From an uncultured Holophagales bacterium (GTDB lineage: Bacteria; Acidobacteriota; Thermoanaerobaculia; Multivoradales; UBA5704), in contig CAWJGT010000023.1 in assembly GCA_963842525.1 (NCBI GenBank), positions 64,001-128,000 on the forward strand: 64,000 bases of DNA, read 5' to 3'. Shown in pieces: positions 33,791 through 44,700 of the stretch. Made by a program: the position numbers and the translations under genes. Each line of letters starts with the position of its first letter. Position 1 is the stretch's first letter. Under the pieces are notes generated by a model. The model was not told the DNA's origin. It did not search any database and saw only the letters and a list, made by a program, of their open reading frames with translations.

Positions 33791-34893
33791 CCGGCGTTCC
33801 CTCCTCCCGCCAGCCAGGAGATCCACCGCGCGTGGGGGTCTCCGGTCGCCAGCGACTCTTCCCGCTCCATCCGCCCGTCCCGCCAGACGGCGGCGGCGAG
33901 CCGGGTATCCCCCTGCGGCTGCTCGGCGCCGATCTGGACGACCTCGCGATCCTCGGACAGCCGGGTGAGCTGCTCCTCCAGGCCGCGGCGGAGCTCCGGG
34001 GTGAGCTGGGTGGTCAGGTAGGTGTGCACCACGCACAGCAGGGTGTCGGAGCGCAGGTCGGCGCAGCAGCGGGCCAGGTCGCGGCACACATCGGCCCGCA
34101 CCACGGGCCAGGGCGCGCGGCGCGCCAGCTCGACCGCGGCGCGGAAACGGGCGATGCGGTCGGGGTGATCGGCCCAGAGAAGGGCGGTGAGCCAGCGCAC
34201 CTCGTCGGGGCTCTCCAGGTTGGGTGGATCGAGCTCCAGGCCCAGCCGTTCGGCGATCGCCGGCGCCTGGGCTCCCCGCTGGCGGGGGATCGTGCCCTCC
34301 CGCACCTCGCAGCGCAGCCGCACCGGCGACGCCGTGTCCCCCGCCCACAGATCGCCGTCCGGAAGGACGAGCTGCATGGCGTACCGGTCCCAACAGAGAT
34401 TGAGACCCGCGCTGGCGCCGATCTCCACCAGGCTAACCGGCTGCGCGCCGTAGCGCAGCCCGAGCCACTCCAGCCCCAGGCGGATATAGACCGAGCGGCC
34501 GACCTCGTTGGTCTGGACGCTGCGGGACTCGACGAGCGGCTGGATCGTCTCCGCGTGCTCGGCGCAAAAGTCGCGGAAGAGGGGGAACGGATCCTCCTCT
34601 GGCGGCCGGCCCGCGGCCAGGTCCGCGTAGACGGCGGAGAGCGGATGGGAGACGCCGCGGAGGATCAGGTCGTGGACCGCCGCGAGCAGCATGAGAGCCG
34701 GGGACTGCCCCGGCCGGGAGCGGGCGGCGAGCCCGAGCAGGAACGGATCGCGGGCCGCCCCGGCGCTCAGCGCGCGGTAGAGCGGCGCGTGGCGGAAGAG
34801 CGCAAGGCTGGCCTCCTCGAAGACCAGCGCGGTCTCTTCCAGGTTCCGGCGCGGGCCGGAGGGGGGGGTGGGAGAGGCGGCGGGCCCGCTCAT
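33787..34893 (-). CDS. DUF2332-family protein (SAM-dependent methyltransferase-like)
   Basis: ATG 34893. PLYRAL, LLAAVHDL, VQTNEVGRS, LVEIGASAGLNL.WDRY, WLTALLWADHPDR, DPHARWI. Confidence 0.8.
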   Translation of the reverse strand: MSGPAASPTPPSGPRRNLEETALVFEEASLALFRHAPLYRALSAGAARDPFLLGLAARSRPGQSPALMLLAAVHDLILRGVSHPLSAVYADLAAGRPPEEDPFPLFRDFCAEHAETIQPLVESRSVQTNEVGRSVYIRLGLEWLGLRYGAQPVSLVEIGASAGLNLCWDRYAMQLVLPDGDLWAGDTASPVRLRCEVREGTIPRQRGAQAPAIAERLGLELDPPNLESPDEVRWLTALLWADHPDRIARFRAAVELARRAPWPVVRADVCRDLARCCADLRSDTLLCVVHTYLTTQLTPELRRGLEEQLTRLSEDREVVQIGAEQPQGDTRLAAAVWRDGRMEREESLATGDPHARWISWLAGGGNAG

Positions 34894-34895
34894 CC

Positions 34896-36863
34896 TCAGA
34901 GCCCGGGCGCCGTGAGGTCGGCCTCCAGCTCGGTGCCGCGGAGCAGGGCGCCGAGCTCGGAGAAGTTGGCGATCAGGTCCCGCAGGTCCTGGGAGATCTG
35001 CTTGCGGGTCGACTCCCGCAGCGTCACTTCCGGCGTCACGGACAGGAAGTGGAGCAGGCGCAGGCGCTCCTCCTCGGTGGTCAGCTTCTCGTAGGTCAGC
35101 TCCAGCCAGCTCTGGCCCATGGAGCGCAGGGCGTTGCAGATCCGGCTGTAATAGGTCTCGTTGAGCTCGATGTGCCGGCGCAGCGCCGCGAGGTCCACGT
35201 CGACGGAGGGCTTCTCCTCGCTCAGCGGGATCCCCGGATAGCTCTCCCACTCCCCCGTCCGCTCGGCGATGACCTCGGAGACGTAGGTCTTGATCCGGTT
35301 GCGGCGGCGGATGACGATCTTGCGGACGTCCGGATCGGCCAGCACCGCGCGGAAGACCGCTTCGTTCTGCCCGCGGTTGAGCTTGAAGCCGACGGCCCGA
35401 TAGCCGGAGCAGGCATCCCAGACCCGGTCGAGGAAGCCGAGCGGATCGCGGTTGCGCTGCTCCAGCGTCCCCAGGTCCAGCTTGCCGCGGCAGGAAAGCG
35501 AATAAAGAATCCGCTCCGGGTTGAAGATCTCGTGGTGGCAGAGGATCTCCGGGTGGGAGTCGAGCAGCGTGCAGAGCCAGTTGCTGCCGGTCCGCGGCGC
35601 GGCAAGGACCACGAAACGCAGCAGGCCCTGGAAGTCCCGCTTGCGGGACAGGACCGGCCCGATCTCCTCCTCGGTCAGCAGGTGCTCCATCTTCTCCCGC
35701 TTGGTCTGCATGTAGAAGGAGCTCTCCGGCGAGGCGGAGACGACCAGCGGCACGCGCTCGACCACGCGCACCCCCCCGTCCTCCAGGCTCCGGATCTTCT
35801 TGGGGTTGTTGGTGAGGAGGCGGATCTCGCGCACTCCCAGGTCGCGCAGGATCTGGCCGGCGATGCCGTAGTCGCGCAGGTCGGGAGGGAACCCCAGCCG
35901 CTCATTGGCCTCGACCGTGTCGAGCCCCTGCTCCTGGAGCGTGTAGGTCTTGAGCTTGTTGTAGAGACCGATCCCCCGCCCCTCCTGCCGCAGGTAGAGC
36001 AGCACCCCGTGGCCGGACTCGGCGATCCGCTGCAGGGCGAGGTCGAGCTGGGGGCCGCAGTCGCAGCGTAGCGACCCCAGGGCATCGCCGGTGAGGCACT
36101 CGGAGTGGATGCGGGTCAGCACCGGGGTGCCGTTCCCCACCTCGCCCCGCACCAGGACCATGTGCTGCAGGCCGGTCAGGGGCTCTTCGTAGGCCAGCGC
36201 GCTGAAGACCCCGTAGCGGGTAGGCAGGCGCGCCGGCGCCGGCAGGCGCACCAGCTTGCCATGGGCCTGCCGGCGGCAGTGGTCGATCAGGCGGGTCATG
36301 CCGACCACTTTCAGGTGGTGCCGGCCGGCGAATTCGTCGACCGGATGCAGGGAGAGCTTGCAGACGAGGCCCATCGGCCGGAGCCCGGCCAGGCGGGCCA
36401 GGTCGAGCACCGCCTCGACCGGGGTTGGACAGACCAGGATGCCGCCCCACGCCGCCCGCAGCGGGACGATCCCCTCCGGCATCAGGACCTCCTCGCCCGC
36501 GGCGAGCTGGATCAGGTGCTGGAGGGCCACCGCGTGCTGCGCCGCGACCCGGGCCAGGACATCATCCCCATCCTCCTCCGGGGAGACCGGCCCTGCGGCC
36601 GGGGAGAACGGCGCGGCGCTCTGATCGAAGGGCACCGGGATGATGCCCAGGGTGTCGAGGCGCTCGGGGGTCATGGCGAGCCCGAGGACTCCCGGACCGT
36701 GGCGCAGCAGGAAGGCGAGGCTCTCGGCCGACGCCTTCTCGGCCGCGGCGAGCAGATAGCCCTCCGCGGTGTGCTCCTCGTCGCGGACGAGGACGATCTC
36801 CCGCCCGTTGCGGAAATCGGCCAGCGCTTCTTCGATCGGTGCAAGTCTCATGGTCAACCTCAT
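34896..36863 (-). CDS. ribA: Fusion of degenerate DHBP synthase (RibB-like), GTP cyclohydrolase II and Stf0-like sulfotransferase
   Basis: RibB-like N-terminus with eroded motifs (VRDEEHTAEGY). Intact GCH II: RIHSECLTGD..SLRCDCGPQL, RQEGRGIGL.NKL, RDYG, LLTNNPKK. Then in frame FVVLAAPRTGSNWLCTLLDSHPEI.CHHEIFN. Confidence 0.88.
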   Translation of the reverse strand: MRLTMRLAPIEEALADFRNGREIVLVRDEEHTAEGYLLAAAEKASAESLAFLLRHGPGVLGLAMTPERLDTLGIIPVPFDQSAAPFSPAAGPVSPEEDGDDVLARVAAQHAVALQHLIQLAAGEEVLMPEGIVPLRAAWGGILVCPTPVEAVLDLARLAGLRPMGLVCKLSLHPVDEFAGRHHLKVVGMTRLIDHCRRQAHGKLVRLPAPARLPTRYGVFSALAYEEPLTGLQHMVLVRGEVGNGTPVLTRIHSECLTGDALGSLRCDCGPQLDLALQRIAESGHGVLLYLRQEGRGIGLYNKLKTYTLQEQGLDTVEANERLGFPPDLRDYGIAGQILRDLGVREIRLLTNNPKKIRSLEDGGVRVVERVPLVVSASPESSFYMQTKREKMEHLLTEEEIGPVLSRKRDFQGLLRFVVLAAPRTGSNWLCTLLDSHPEILCHHEIFNPERILYSLSCRGKLDLGTLEQRNRDPLGFLDRVWDACSGYRAVGFKLNRGQNEAVFRAVLADPDVRKIVIRRRNRIKTYVSEVIAERTGEWESYPGIPLSEEKPSVDVDLAALRRHIELNETYYSRICNALRSMGQSWLELTYEKLTTEEERLRLLHFLSVTPEVTLRESTRKQISQDLRDLIANFSELGALLRGTELEADLTAPGL

Positions 36864-36905
36864 CGGCCACCCCCCTCAGGAGGGCGGCGCCAAGCGTCCG
36901 GACCT

Positions 36906-38741
36906 TCAGGCCACCTTGCGGTCGTCGACCCGCTGCTGCATCGCCCGTGCGACCTGGACCACGGACAGGTCACCGGGCGCGACCAGGTAGGCGCCGCCGT
37001 CGTAGGAGGTCGCCACCACGTGATCGCCGCTGCGCGCGAGCGAGCTGATGCCGTTGCCCGCGATCTCCCGGCGCGTCACCTTGCCGCTGGCGAGCTCGAC
37101 GCGGATCACCGTCCCCCAGTAATCGCCGACCACGACCGTGTCCTCGTCCCAGAAGCAGAGCGACTTGAGCGAGCGGCGGCCGAGGGGGATCGAGTGCAGG
37201 AGCTTGCCGTTGTCGAGCTGGAAGACCTTGACCGTGAAGTCGCGCGAGACGCTGGCGAGCCGTTCGCCGCTCGGGTCGAGATCGACGTCGTTGATGATGG
37301 CCGTGTGGCCGAGGTAGCTCTCCAGGAGCTCGCCCTCGAAGCTCCAGCCGAGCAGCAGGCCGTCGGCGCCGCAGCTCACGCCCATCGTCTTCGCCGGGTG
37401 CAGGCGTAGCGACTTGACGGCGCCCTCGTGGACGTGGATCTTGCCGCGCACCTGGCCGTCGGGGCCAACGCGCACGATGGCGCTGCTGTAGCAGCCGACG
37501 AACGACTCGCGCTCGTAGCCCGGGTGATGGGCGATGCGGATGGTGTTGATCGGCCCTTCGCCGAGGAAGACCTCGATGCCGTCGCGCAGGTTGCCGTCCG
37601 CCAGGCGGTAGATGTGGATCTTGTTGTCGTGCGCGCCGCCGACCACCATGCCGTACTCCTCGTCGAGGGTCACGGCGTTCATCAGCATGCGGCCCGAGGC
37701 AGGCTCGATGCGGGCGCTCCAGGAGGCCTCGTCCGGGGTGAGCCGGCCGAGGCGGATGTAGCCGTCGTCGCTCACCAGGGCGACCGTGCCGCCGGAGGAC
37801 GCCGAGGCCTCGTTGAAGCAGGCGTTGCCCGGCTCCTCGTCGATCCGGCCCACTTCCCGCGAAAGCCGGCCCGAGGCGGCATCCCAGACCAGGACCGTGC
37901 CGTCGAAGGTGCCGGCCACGATCTGCGAGCCGTCCGGGGTCCAGCTCAGCGAGCGCTCCCAGACCGAGGGGACGCGCTCCAGGCGGAGCTTTTCTTCGAA
38001 GGTCTCGCCGTCCCAGACGATCAGCTTGCGGTCGTAGGCCGCCGACAGGACGTCCCCCGTGGCCGGCGACACCGTAACTTTCTTGATGCCGGAGGTGTGG
38101 GCAGGGATCTCGCGGACGAGGTCGCCGGTGCCGGTGTCGAAGATGCGGATCGCGCCGTCGTCGCAGCCGAGGATGGCGCGGCCGTGCACCGGGTCGATGG
38201 CGCAGGTGTCGGTCTCGTTCTCGAACGGCCCCCAGACGCTCAGCAGCTCGCCGGTGTCGAGGTCCCAGACCCGCAGCGTCTTGTCGTCGCCCGAGGAGTA
38301 GATCCGGCCGTCCTGGTAGGCGAGCGACAGGACGTCCTTCTCGTGGCCTTCGAGGATGCGGAGGATGGCGCCCGTATTGAGGTCCCAGACGAGCACGCGG
38401 TGGTCGCGCGACGCCGAGACGCCGACCGAGTCGCCGGCAAAGACGAAGTCCTCAACGTCGTCGCTGTGCCCGCGCAGCACACGCAGGGGCCGGCCGGTCT
38501 CCAGGTCCCAGATGCAGGTGGTGTAGTCCGACGAGCAGGAGGCGGCCCGGCGGCCGGACGGATCGACGATCAGGCGGTTGACGAGGTGGCGGTGATAGCC
38601 CAGGAGCTCGACCTCCCCGGTCTTCAGATCGAACCGGGCGACTGCCCCGTCATAGGCCGAGGTCACGGCCTTGTCGGTCCCCGGGACGGCGGCCACACCG
38701 GTGACGGGCCCCCGGTGGCGCAGGAAGCTCAGCGAAACCAT
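36906..38741 (-). CDS. WD40-repeat beta-propeller protein resembling toxoflavin ToxC
   Basis: Many GH..WD repeats (LRGHSDDVED, LEGHEKDV, DDKTLRVWD). The HRGPVTGVA..SAYD..HLVN..SSDY..ETDT pattern recalls ToxC. It is adjacent to a GCH II gene. Confidence 0.8.
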   Translation of the reverse strand: MVSLSFLRHRGPVTGVAAVPGTDKAVTSAYDGAVARFDLKTGEVELLGYHRHLVNRLIVDPSGRRAASCSSDYTTCIWDLETGRPLRVLRGHSDDVEDFVFAGDSVGVSASRDHRVLVWDLNTGAILRILEGHEKDVLSLAYQDGRIYSSGDDKTLRVWDLDTGELLSVWGPFENETDTCAIDPVHGRAILGCDDGAIRIFDTGTGDLVREIPAHTSGIKKVTVSPATGDVLSAAYDRKLIVWDGETFEEKLRLERVPSVWERSLSWTPDGSQIVAGTFDGTVLVWDAASGRLSREVGRIDEEPGNACFNEASASSGGTVALVSDDGYIRLGRLTPDEASWSARIEPASGRMLMNAVTLDEEYGMVVGGAHDNKIHIYRLADGNLRDGIEVFLGEGPINTIRIAHHPGYERESFVGCYSSAIVRVGPDGQVRGKIHVHEGAVKSLRLHPAKTMGVSCGADGLLLGWSFEGELLESYLGHTAIINDVDLDPSGERLASVSRDFTVKVFQLDNGKLLHSIPLGRRSLKSLCFWDEDTVVVGDYWGTVIRVELASGKVTRREIAGNGISSLARSGDHVVATSYDGGAYLVAPGDLSVVQVARAMQQRVDDRKVA

Positions 38742-41700
38742 CTCTGTTCTCCTTTCTGGATCTCGGAACGAACTTGTTGTCCGCCGCCGGGTGCGAGCAG
38801 GGACCGCAGGGCCTCCCGGCCGTGCTCGGCGAGCTTTTCGATCGTGCTCTGGCGGTGGCAGCTCTCGCTGTAGGTCCAGTCGATCTGCAGCCGGCCGTCG
38901 ACGACCGCGGCGGAGACGTAGACCAGGGCGGGCCGGGTGGTCGACGGATCGGCGAAGGCCCCGAGCGACCCGGCAGACACGCGCAGCAGCGAGTCCGGCC
39001 GCGGCGGCCGGATTCCCTGGTTGCCCCGGTAGTTGAAATGGACCTCGGCCGCGGGAAGCCGGCGTATCGCCGCCGCGATCTCCGGATGGCGGCTCAGGTA
39101 GCGCAGGACGCCATAGCCGAGGCCTTCGCGGGGGACTCTCCGGAGCTGCGCCGCCACCCCCCGCAGGCGCTCGGTGGGGTCGTCCGCCTCGGGCAGCTCC
39201 AGGACGACCGGATGGTCGATGGCGAACCAGCCGATGGTGCGCGTGACGTCGAGGTCCGCGAAGACCGGGTGCCGACCGTGGCCGACGAGACTGAGGAGCT
39301 GCACGGGGCTCCCGGTCCAGCGGGCGAGCGCGTCTGCGATCCCGGTCGCGAGCACCTCCTCGGCGGTGACGCCCAGCTCCCGCGGCAGTTCACGGAGGAG
39401 GGCCTCGGTCTCCCCGGCATTGAAGGCGGTCGACACGGCGCGGCGGGAGCGGGCGGTGTTGTGGCCGCCGGGATGGTCCAGCGGCAGGCGGACGGTGCGC
39501 TCCCAGGGGAGCCCCAGCCACCAGTCCGCCTCCGCCTCGGCTTCGGGCGAGCCGGCCCAGGCCGTGAGCCGCTCGGACCAGGTTTTGAACGAGACGAGCC
39601 GGGGAGGGACGCGGACCTCCTCGCCCGGCCCGCGCTGGACGAGCTGGCGGTAGATCGCCTCCAGGTCCTCGGCGAGGAGGCGGACCGAAACGTGATCGAG
39701 CGACAGGTGGTGTCCCACGAAAAGGAGGCGGTCCGGCACACCGGCGCCGAGCTCGAAGGCGACCAGCCGGAAGAGCGGCCCCTGCGAGAGGTGGAGGCTC
39801 TGCTGCACCTTCGCCGCTGCGGCTTCGACCACCCCCCGCAGACGGCCTCCGACAGGCAGCCCGGAGAGGTCGATCGTGGAGAACGGCATCTCCCCGTCCG
39901 GCTCGGCGGCGACCTGCCGCCACCCCTCCCCCTCTCGGTTATCGCGGAAGAAGCGGAGGCGCAGCGCCTCGTGATAGTTGACCAGGTGCCGCAGAGCCGC
40001 AGCGAGGCGCGCCTTGTCGAGGGGATGATCGAGGAGCTCGTCGACCTCGCAGAGCAGGCTCACGTTCCAGTGGTGCGGGTTGACGAACGGCCGCTGGAAG
40101 AACCAGTGCTGGTTGGGGGTGAGCGGGATCGGGCCGGTCTCCGGGGGCGGCGCGGCGGCGAGCGGCGCGCTCCCCTCGGCGACCGCCGCGAGGTCCCCCA
40201 GGCGGGGGTGCGCGAAGACCTGCCGCAGCTCCAAGGAGAGGCCGCGTTGGCGCGCCTTGCCGAGAAGGCGGATGGCGAGCAGTGAGTCGCCGCCCAGGGC
40301 GAAGAAGTGGTCGTCGCGCCCGATCTCCCGCACGCCGAGGAGGTCCGCCCAGACCTCCGCGAGGGCGATCTCCGCGGGAGTCTGCGGCAGGGCGAGCGCC
40401 GCCGGCCGGCGCAGGCCCTCCCCCTCGGGCCGCGGCAGGGCCTTGCGGTCCACCTTGCCATTGGGTGTCTTCGGCAGGGCGTCCAGGACGACGAAGGCGC
40501 CCGGCACCAGGGCCGCGGGCAGGCGGCCTTGGAGGAAGCCCCGGAGCTGGTCAGGATCAGGCGCGCTCCCCTCCTCCGCCGGCCGCACGGCGACATAGCC
40601 GACCAGGCGCTCGGCCGGTCCGTCATCCGTTCCGCTCCAGGCCACGACCGCGGCCTCGCGAATTCCAGGATGACCGAGCAGGGCGCTCTCGATCTCGCCG
40701 GGCTCGACCCGGATGCCGCGCAGCTTGATCTGCCGGTCGATCCGGCCGAGGATCTCGAGGGTGCCGTCGGGCCGGCGGCGGGCGAGGTCGCCGGTGCGGT
40801 ACATCCTCTCCCCCGGCCGGCCGCTCAGCGGATCGGGCCGGAAGGCCGCGGCCGTCAGGTCCGGGCGGCCGAGGTAGCCGCGGGTCAGCCCGGCGCCCGC
40901 GATCCAGAGCTCGCCGGCCACGCCGAGGGGCATCGGCGCGAGGTCCCGGTCCAGGACATGAAGGCGGACGTTCGCGATCGGCCGCCCTGCCGGGACGGTG
41001 CCGGTGCTGGCGTCCGCGTCCGTGAGCCGGTGGACGGTCGTGGTCAGCGTGCTCTCGGTCGGGCCGTACTGGTTGACGACCTGGACCGCGGGAGAGAAGA
41101 CCCGGCGTGCCCGCTCGCGGGTCGCGGCAGGGAGAGGCTCGCCGCTCGCCAGCACGAGCCTCACGGATTCGCCAGGAGGCCCTTCCGCATCGAGCAGCTC
41201 GGCGAGGAGCGTGGGGACCACGCTCGGCAGGCAGGTCACCCCATGCCTCTCGATCGCCCGGCGGAGTACCTGGGGATCGTGGGCCTCATCCTCCTCGACC
41301 AGCACGACCCGGGCGCCAGCCGAGAGCGGCCCGATCAGGTCGCGCAGGGAGGCGTCGAACGACAGCCCCGCGATCTGGAGGGCCACGTCGGACGGTCCCA
41401 GATCCCACTGCCGGAGTAGGTAGCCCAGGTAGTTGACCACCCCGCCATGCCGGCCGCAGATCCCCTTGGGCGCCCCGGTCGAGCCCGAGGTGTGGACCAC
41501 GTAGGCCAGGCCCTCGGGACCGGCGAGCGGAGGGAGATCGGAGCGGTCCTCGCTTGGCCCGTGGTCGAGCAGCTCCTCCCGGGTCAGCACGAGCCGCGGG
41601 CGGGTCGCTTCGAGGATCGCAGCCCGGCGGAGCGGCGGGGTATCCGGAGCGATCGGCACGTAGGCACCACCCGCCTTGAGCACCCCGAGGAGGCCCTCGA

Positions 41701-44700
41701 CCATTTCGAGCGAACGCCCGGCCTCCAGGGCGACTGTCACCTCCAGCCCGACGCCGAGCCGGCGCAGGTGGCGGGCGAGCTGGTCGGCGCGGCCGTTGAG
41801 CTCGGCGTAGGTGACCGACCGGTCGCCGAGCGTCAGGGCGACCGCGTCCGGGGCCTCGGCCGCCCGGGCCTCGAACGGCTCGTGGATCGCACGCGCGGCG
41901 AGGGTCTCCTCGTCCGTATCGTTGGGCTCGTGGACGACCTGGTGCCGCTCGGCCTCGGTGAGGAGCGGGAGGTCGCCGGGGCGCCGGGCAGGGTCTTCGG
42001 TGATCGCCGCAAGAAGCGTCTCGAGCTGGCCAGCCAGGCGCTGCAGCGCGGCCGTGGAGAACCGGTCCGCGTCGCCGATCAGGTGCAGCACGGTCCGGTC
42101 GGCCGGGAAGACCATGAGGGTCAGCGGATAGCCGGTCCGCCCCTCGGAGCGGAAGAGGTCGCGGATCACGGGACCCTCCCCGGCCCCGACCAAGTCCTCT
42201 CCCTGAGGGAGATTTTCGAAAATCACCAGGCTCTCGAAAAGCGCCTGGCCCGACGGCACCTCGCTGTGCTTCTGGACCTCCAGAAGCGGCACGTGCTCGT
42301 GCTCGCGCGCCGCCGACTGCTCGGCCTGGATCTCGTGCAGCCCGTCGAGGAGGGGCGCGTCGCCGCGCAGCCGGACCCGCACCGGCAGGGTGTTGATGAA
42401 CAGGCCAACCATCTGCTCGACGCCCAGGAGGGACGGGGGGCGGCCCGAGACCACGCCGCCGAAGACCACGTCCTCCTCGCCCGAGGTGCGGCCGAGCAGG
42501 AGCGCCCAGGCCCCCTGGAACAGGGTGTTCAAGGTCAGCCGGTGGCGCCGCGACAGCTCGCGGAGCCCTTCCGAGAGCTCCTGGGAGAGCGCACCCTGGA
42601 ACAGCCGGTAACTCCGCCCGGCCTCCTCGGCGGCCGGCCTCTCCGCGGGGAGCGGGGTCGGCGCGGTGAAGCCCGCGAGAGCGCGGCGCCAGAACGCCTC
42701 GTCCTCGGCGCGGCTGTTGGCCTCCAGCCAGGCTACGTAGTCCCGATAGGGCCTGACGTCCGGCAGCTCGATGCGCCGCCCCTGCCGGATCCCGGCGTAG
42801 AGGGTGAAGATCTCGCGGAACACCAGCGGCACGGACCAGCCGTCGAGCAGCAGGTGGTGGTAGCTCCAGACGATCTGGACGGAGTCGCCTCCAAGGTCGA
42901 AGGCCACGAGGCGCATCAGGGGGGCGAGCCGCAGGTCGAAGCCCCGGCGGCGGTCCTCCTCCAGGAAGGCGCGGAGCCGCTCCCGTTGCGCGGCGGGGCC
43001 CAGGGCGCGCCAGTCGACCCGCGTCCAGGGCAGCCCGGTAGTCCGGCGGACGACCTGGAGCGGCTCGTCGAGCCCCTCCCAGAAAAAGGCCGTGCGCAGG
43101 ATCGGATGGCGGGCGATCACCGCGCGCCAGGCCTGATCGAAGGCCTCGGCGTCGAAGCCGCCCTCGACGGTCCAACCCACCTGGAGCACATAGTCGCCGG
43201 AGCGCGGCGCGTAGAGGCTGTGGAACAGCACTCCTTGCTGGACCGGCGCCAGGCGGTAGGTGTCCTCCATGTCATCGAGAGCTACTTCGGCCAGGAGCGT
43301 GGCGAGCCGCTCCCGGTCGAAGACCGCGAGAGGGCGGCTCTCCGCCGGCCGGTCCGGCTCGGAAACCGTTCCCGCTCCCAGAGCCGCCGCGAGCTGCGCG
43401 ACGGTCTGGAATTCGAAGAGCTGGCCGGGGGCGATCTCCAACCCGGCGCGGCGCGCCCGGGCGACGATCTGGATGCCGAGCACCGAATCGCCTCCCAGCT
43501 CGAAGAAGTTGTCGTGGAGGCCGACCTCGGTGACGCCCAGCATCTCCCGCCAGAGCGCGGCGATCCGGCCCTCCAGCTCCGTGCGGGGCGCGGCATACGG
43601 GGTGCTCAGCGCGGGCCGGGCGTGCCGGGCCGCGGAGCCTGTGGGCTCGATGTCCGCAGCGGTTGCCGCCTTGTCGAGCAGGCTCGAGGAGGTCGCCGCC
43701 GCGGCCTCCGCCAAAGCAGCGTTCAGGTCGGTGGGCGAGATCACGACCTGCGGCGGCACCCGGTGCGCCAGCAGGCGGCGGAAGACCTCGATCCCCTCCT
43801 CGGGTGACACGCCCATTTCGAGGACCCGGGCGAAGGGATCGGCGCCGCTCCCCTTCTCCGCCTCGGCGGGTTGGGATTCGAGGGGCGAGCGGGCCCGGAG
43901 CTGCTCGGTCGGGTTGTTGACCCGCTTCTTGCCGTAGCCGCGGATCTCGACGAGCTCGGTGCCGTCCTCGTCCATCAGGACGACGTCGAACGAGATCGTC
44001 TCCTTGCGGGAGTAGTCCCGGTCCTCCAGCAGGCGGGCGTGGCTCCAGAGCTTCCGCGTCAACGGGGCGCGGATCTTCAGGCTGCGGTAGGCGAGCGGCA
44101 GGTAGAAGCCGTCTGTCAGGTCGACCAGGAACTGCTCCCCCAGGCCCGCGGCGCGGTCGAGCAGCGCCGGGTGAAGATGGCAGGCCGCGAGGTCCCCGGC
44201 GAGCAGCGCGGGCAGCTCGAGCGTGCCCAGCACCTCGCCGTCGCCGAGCCAGGCCTGCTGGACGGTCTGCCAGCGCGGGCCGAGGTCCTCGTACTTCTCG
44301 TCCTCGACCGCGGCGAGGACCCGGCCGCGGTCGCAGCGCGCGAGGATCTCCGGCAGGTCGTGCCGCTTCGGGGGCTCCGGAGCGAGCGGGCGCACCCGGC
44401 CGAGCATGGTCTCGTCCCAGGTCCCCGCGCCCGACCGGCAGGCGACCTTGAAGTCGAAGCCGTCCCCCGAGGCTTCGAGCTCCAGACGTACCTCCTTCTC
44501 CTCGTCCTCGCGCAGCCGGACCGGCGTCAGGAAGAAGACGTCGTGCAGCTCGACCGGACCCGGCCCCTGCCGCAGCGCGAACGCCGCGCGGGCCATCTCC
44601 AGGTAAGTCGTGCCCGGGATCACGGGCTGGCCGGCGATGCGGTGCTCGTCGGCCACCCACTGCCGCGCGGCGCTGAAGCGGGTGTGGAAGACGTCCCGCC

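Noticed and set aside
34861-34868. G8 tract as a phase-variation switch in the DUF2332 gene
   Set aside because: It is in frame, encodes a Pro-rich N-terminal linker and is unremarkable at this GC content.
34896-36863. Housekeeping riboflavin operon
   Set aside because: The RibB half is degenerate, there are no ribD/ribE/ribH neighbours or FMN riboswitch seen, and the gene is embedded in the NRPS operon.
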